Shown here: piece after piece, positions 60,152 to 64,000 of the stretch
Layout: the number at the start of each line of letters is the position of its first letter
Numbering within the stretch: the stretch's first letter is position 1
NCBI GenBank assembly: GCA_905178155.1
Contig: CAJINV010000005.1
Span: 3,585,968 to 3,649,967, forward strand
Direction of reading: 5' to 3'
Source: Amoebophrya sp. A120
Taxonomy: Eukaryota; Protista; Dinoflagellata
Length of the DNA stretch: 64,000 nt
The notes under the pieces: generated by a model
Databases searched by the model: none
What the model was told of the DNA's origin: nothing
Seen by the model: only the letters and a program-made list of their open reading frames with translations
Position numbers and translations under genes: made by a program

Positions 60152-60855
60152 GATGCTGGTCATCTTGTTGAAGCAATGGGGCTGCTTGCGAGGTAAACCT
60201 GCTGGCGCTGGACCTAAGGCGTTATTACGTAGTTTAGAGGTATCGTCATCGCGTAGAAGTGAATCAAATAAAGTCGTATTATCACTTGAAATCGACATCG
60301 AGTACGATAACGATGAGACTCATTTTTCACTGTCTTACACCGAAAGGAAAAATGGGCAACAGCACTTCACGCAGCTGATGACACCCATCTCTTGTTCCCG
60401 CACTCACCTTATCAACACAGACAAGTCACTCACACAACATCTTCTAACGGAGTCTCGCCTTTCAGCTTTAGTGATTGAGTATTTGTGCGCGAAACACATG
60501 CTCCACGCTTCCGTCGCTCTCCAAGACACAAATCGTGTTGCTCGGGATCTCTGCAGCTGGCTTTTCTGCATCTAAGACTATGCACACACATCGAAACGAA
60601 CTTCACTCACAAGTCTCATTTCCCGGCGGAATGACATCGCCGAAAACAGATTCGAAGCGACGAAGAACGCAAGAAATGATCTTGATTTGTCGTTTAAGCA
60701 TGTCGACATTGTGCTGCGTCTTGTCATCGAGCAAAAATGCTCACCACACGAAACCGTAGGTGTCGCGCGAACTACTTTCAACACCCTCGTGAGGAGTCTT
60801 TCTTGGCGGCACATAGTTTTCTTTCAGCGACTACACTTCTAAAAATTCTCAAATT

Positions 60856-61200
60856 CTACTCTACAAGCTCCTCCACAGCGGGAGCATCTAAAACCGCTTC
60901 CGGCGACGGTGCATCATCTACATCTGCTTCTGCATGTTGAGGAGTGCTATTCATATTCTGGAGTTTCATAGTCTTCCGGTCTCTCATGTCGGAAGCGGGA
61001 CTGTGCTTCCGGTCTGATGTGGCACCATCATCATCTTGAGAGAGTGGACTCTCTTCTATTTTTACTCGTCCTGCACCTGCTTGTCGTTCATACTCCTCCG
61101 CATGCTGGTAGAAGTCCTTCGTGATAGACGTCAAACCAAACGCCCTCCTCATATCCTCGACCACCATAGGGTAAATGGTTTCCTTCCTCATATCCTCCAC
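60856..61200 (-). CDS. Orphan ORF fragment fused to the truncated DeSI copy
   Basis: 114-codon ORF in a different frame from the DeSI fragment. Confidence 0.3.
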   Translation of the reverse strand: MEDMRKETIYPMVVEDMRRAFGLTSITKDFYQHAEEYERQAGAGRVKIEESPLSQDDDGATSDRKHSPASDMRDRKTMKLQNMNSTPQHAEADVDDAPSPEAVLDAPAVEELVE

Positions 61201-61337
61201 TCGCGGCCGTACACCTCAACACCGATGTGGTAGGCCCCAATAGTTTCCGTGGTTAGCTTACCAATCAGGTCGTTGAACTGTTTCACCTCTTTGCGGTTGG
61301 TAACATGGTAGATGTGCAGAAAAACGTCGCCGAGCAT
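61188..61337 (-). pseudogene. Truncated duplicate of the DeSI peptidase 5' end
   Basis: MLGDVFLHIYHVTNRKEVKQFNDLIGKLTTETIGAYHIGVEVYGREW followed by RI*. Lacks the catalytic Cys. Confidence 0.82.
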
Positions 61338-62409
61338 CTTGATCTTCTAAAAATTCATCATATGATGCGAAGCAAAATGATATAACAAGGTAAATCGAAA
61401 AAATCCTCCTTTTTGCATCATCAAAGACAGTGACAAAAAGCGAGACAATTATTCGCGCTTGAAAACACCGGCATGGTCGGGCGAGCGGTAAACTAAAACC
61501 GTACAAATCTTTAAAATCAAAGACCGAAAAAATGTTCTTCTTCATGATCACGTTGATGCTCTTGTGGTAAGTATGTAACTAAGTACCTCCCTCTGGCCAT
61601 CCTATAAACAGCGTACAACGTCGGATCAACAAAATTATTGGCAGCTTTTCAAGCTCCGGAACCTTTTTGCTTTTACGTCGACCTATTTCTTCACACTTGA
61701 ATGTAATTTGTACCTGCGCTTATCATACAGGCACGATGATAATCTTGCGACTGCGAGGAAACGGGTCTTCCTGTCGCAACAAAAACTTCTGACGACGAAA
61801 ACACAGAATCGAATCGACAACCAAGAGCGCGGCACGACGAGGAGAGAGTCGGACTCTAAGAACTGCGTACTGTCGCTGTGCTGTGTCCGTGTCACTTCCC
61901 CGCGCCATGAACAATACAGCACGAAGTTGTCACAGCTTTCGCGATAAGTTTTTTTTTGATGGTTTGTTTTTTTTTCCCCGCTGTTGTTCTTTTTTCTCGG
62001 CTACACTATCAGCTCCTCCACATTGGGAGCATCTACCGCTTATCCGGTAGTTGCACCTAGTCACTCGTACATTCGAAATCATTTTTTTTGAAATGAAACA
62101 TTCGAAATCATTTTTTTCTCTCGTATGCATTTAAGTACATACTCGTTCCAAAGCGAACAGTTTTTGCAGCCATGCCTGAACTACCAGAACCGGTCAATGG
62201 AGTCCTTCTAACTTCCGTCCCGCAGGAGCCGGGCCCTCTTTGCAGCGATAGACTCCTCCTCTTGAAATGGGATCCCCGTTGCCCCCTGCGACTGAGACGC
62301 AGCGGCCGACGGGCCTCGCCAGGCGGGGGGGGCATCTGCTGCACTTGGAACGTCGCTGGTCGGTTGCGAAGGAGCGTTGCTTTGATGTCGTGACGTAGAA
62401 AAAATGTAG

Positions 62410-63877
62410 CTATGGTCTGGCTATCGTCAAAGTGATGAGAAAGAGGACAGCAGCACTTTTGGCGAGATGATGTGGCCAACAGGAGCGTATCAGCAAAATG
62501 AAAAATTCTGGATGTGCGTACCTTCGTCCCCTTCGGCTGCGTGCAATTAGCATTTCCGGCTCTTGGAAAGCGCTTGCCCCATCGCAGCAGCTCGACAACC
62601 ACCAAGGCCAACAAGATGAACTCATCTGGAGAAATGCCATTTCTGTGGGGTTCTTTTCCGGGGCTGCGGTTCCCGGACCAGCAGGTAGATTTACTCCGCC
62701 AATTTTCGAAACACCGTCACCGTCGCCCGCCTGCTCTTGCTGACTGCTGCAATGCAGGTTGTACTCGGGGAAGTCCAATTTCTTATCCTCATTCAGGTCC
62801 GCGGACAGCGGGCACGTGCAGAGTTCCGCGCCTTCGAGGACGTCGTTGCCGTCCGTGTCCAAGGAGCTGAAGTATGCAATAGAAACATGGTGGTGCCGCT
62901 ACCTGCTCCAGCTTGTCATGCGAGACATTATACAAGAGTTGTTCTGGTTCATCGAAAGCGAAAGGAAACCAGAGTTGTGCTGCAAGTGGTGGAACATCGA
63001 ATGACAATGTTGCTCATCAAGTGTCGTTGGTGTTGCTTTGCACGACAAATTTGTATGTATGTGGAGTGGGTGGGAGCGGGACCATGATTGCAGCACATAG
63101 AAAGCGCGCGGCGTTCAAAACCGTCATCGGCTTGACGTCGTAGTTCAGTGCGAGGTCGAGTACGAGCGTTTTGAAATGCTGCTGGGAAGCGGTTTATGCA
63201 TTTCCAAGCAACAAGACGAATGTAACTTAGGCAGGGCTACTGGTTAAAACCTCATGACAAATTTTGCCAAGTCGAAAAGCGCTTTGCGATTGCGAAGTTG
63301 AGTCAGCATTAAATGCTTACTCAGCTTCGCAAAGCACTTTGTCTTCGTCATGCAATCCTGCAATTGGTACGAGCACGATGCTTGTTGCTTTGCACTGCAT
63401 ACGCTTGCGATCTTCTGCGCCTCCTTCACCTGGTTGACACGGCTCTTGGCGGAAGTGAACAATTTCTGCAAACGAGCCATGGCGGAGGTTTGCGAGAACG
63501 CAGACGGCGGGGAAGTTTTCCCTGCGGCTGCCGCTGGTGTACCTAGGTCGAAGATGGTTTACGTGCTTGGTCTTATATCTTGTTGTGCAAGCATAATCAC
63601 GAAGCGAAATCTTGAAAAAAGCTTAAACTTATGAATGTCGGTGAAGTTCTTTCAGCTCGTATTTGTAAACTTTTGAGGATTCGACTGGCAAAATTCAAAA
63701 AGAACAGAGAAGTATCTATCAAGTACGTTCTTTTTCGGCCTTCGTCCACCCCCCGACAAAGGTATCCAAGGGCTCCGCACTGTACATTTCCGCGTCGTTT
63801 TCGATCGCCACAGACTGCTGCACGGCGTCGACGACCCCAACAAGCAGCAGAGACGAGATGATGTGCGGCCGCATCAT
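62410..63877 (-). CDS. Putative secreted EF-hand protein, copy 2
   Basis: MMRPHIISSLLLVGVVDA. Same intron positions as copy 1. EF loops DTDGNDVLEGAE and DLNEDKKLDFPE; divergent C-terminus. Confidence 0.72.
62873..63099. mobile_element. Introner-like TIR element (paralog of 59146-59360)
   Basis: Same termini and position. Confidence 0.75.
63195..63401. mobile_element. Introner-like TIR element (paralog of 59456-59666)
   Basis: TSD CGGTT/CGCTT. In-frame join. Confidence 0.85.
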
Positions 63878-64000
63878 GGCGCTCATCTTGTTGACGCAAT
63901 GGGGCTGCTTGCAAAGTAATAAGTCTGGTGGTGGTGGACTTTAGGCGTTTATTTCGTAGTTTAGAGGCGTCGTCATGACGTAGAAATGAATTGAGTAAAG

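Larger units (their letters stand above)
57110..64000. repeat. Tandem segmental duplication (unit 1 about 57110-60270, unit 2 about 61195-64000+)
   Basis: 57115-57255 matches 61198-61339; 59010-59810 matches 62740-63545; 59985-60260 matches 63720-63985. Confidence 0.88.

Overview
Eukaryotic protist DNA, most consistent with a Syndiniales dinoflagellate such as Amoebophrya. That assignment is inferred from one-strand gene blocks, long low-complexity proteins and many non-GT-AG introns with inverted repeats. All reconstructable genes (about 15) lie on the minus strand: PWP2, a TTLL6/13-like tubulin polyglutamylase, a CAMK-type kinase with Tudor-like repeats, a PPPDE/DeSI peptidase, two paralogous secreted EF-hand proteins and several large unknown proteins. 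Two mobile systems dominate. (1) About 29 short TIR elements (mostly 130-385 bp, termini TAT...ATA, 5-bp target duplication, shared GCAT[GCT]ACAA motif) sit inside coding sequence. Removing the element plus one 5-bp copy rejoins the flanking reading frames in more than 25 cases checked by hand, so they behave as non-canonical introner introns. (2) An intact 7.3-kb tyrosine-recombinase retrotransposon (8633-15964) has identical split direct repeats (A...B-A-B) and an unusual YR - gag(CCCH) - RT/RNaseH order, with a splice acceptor in front of each ORF; it appears to interrupt a host ORF. A roughly 4-kb tandem segmental duplication occupies the right end. Coordinates were read by eye and may be off by a few bases.
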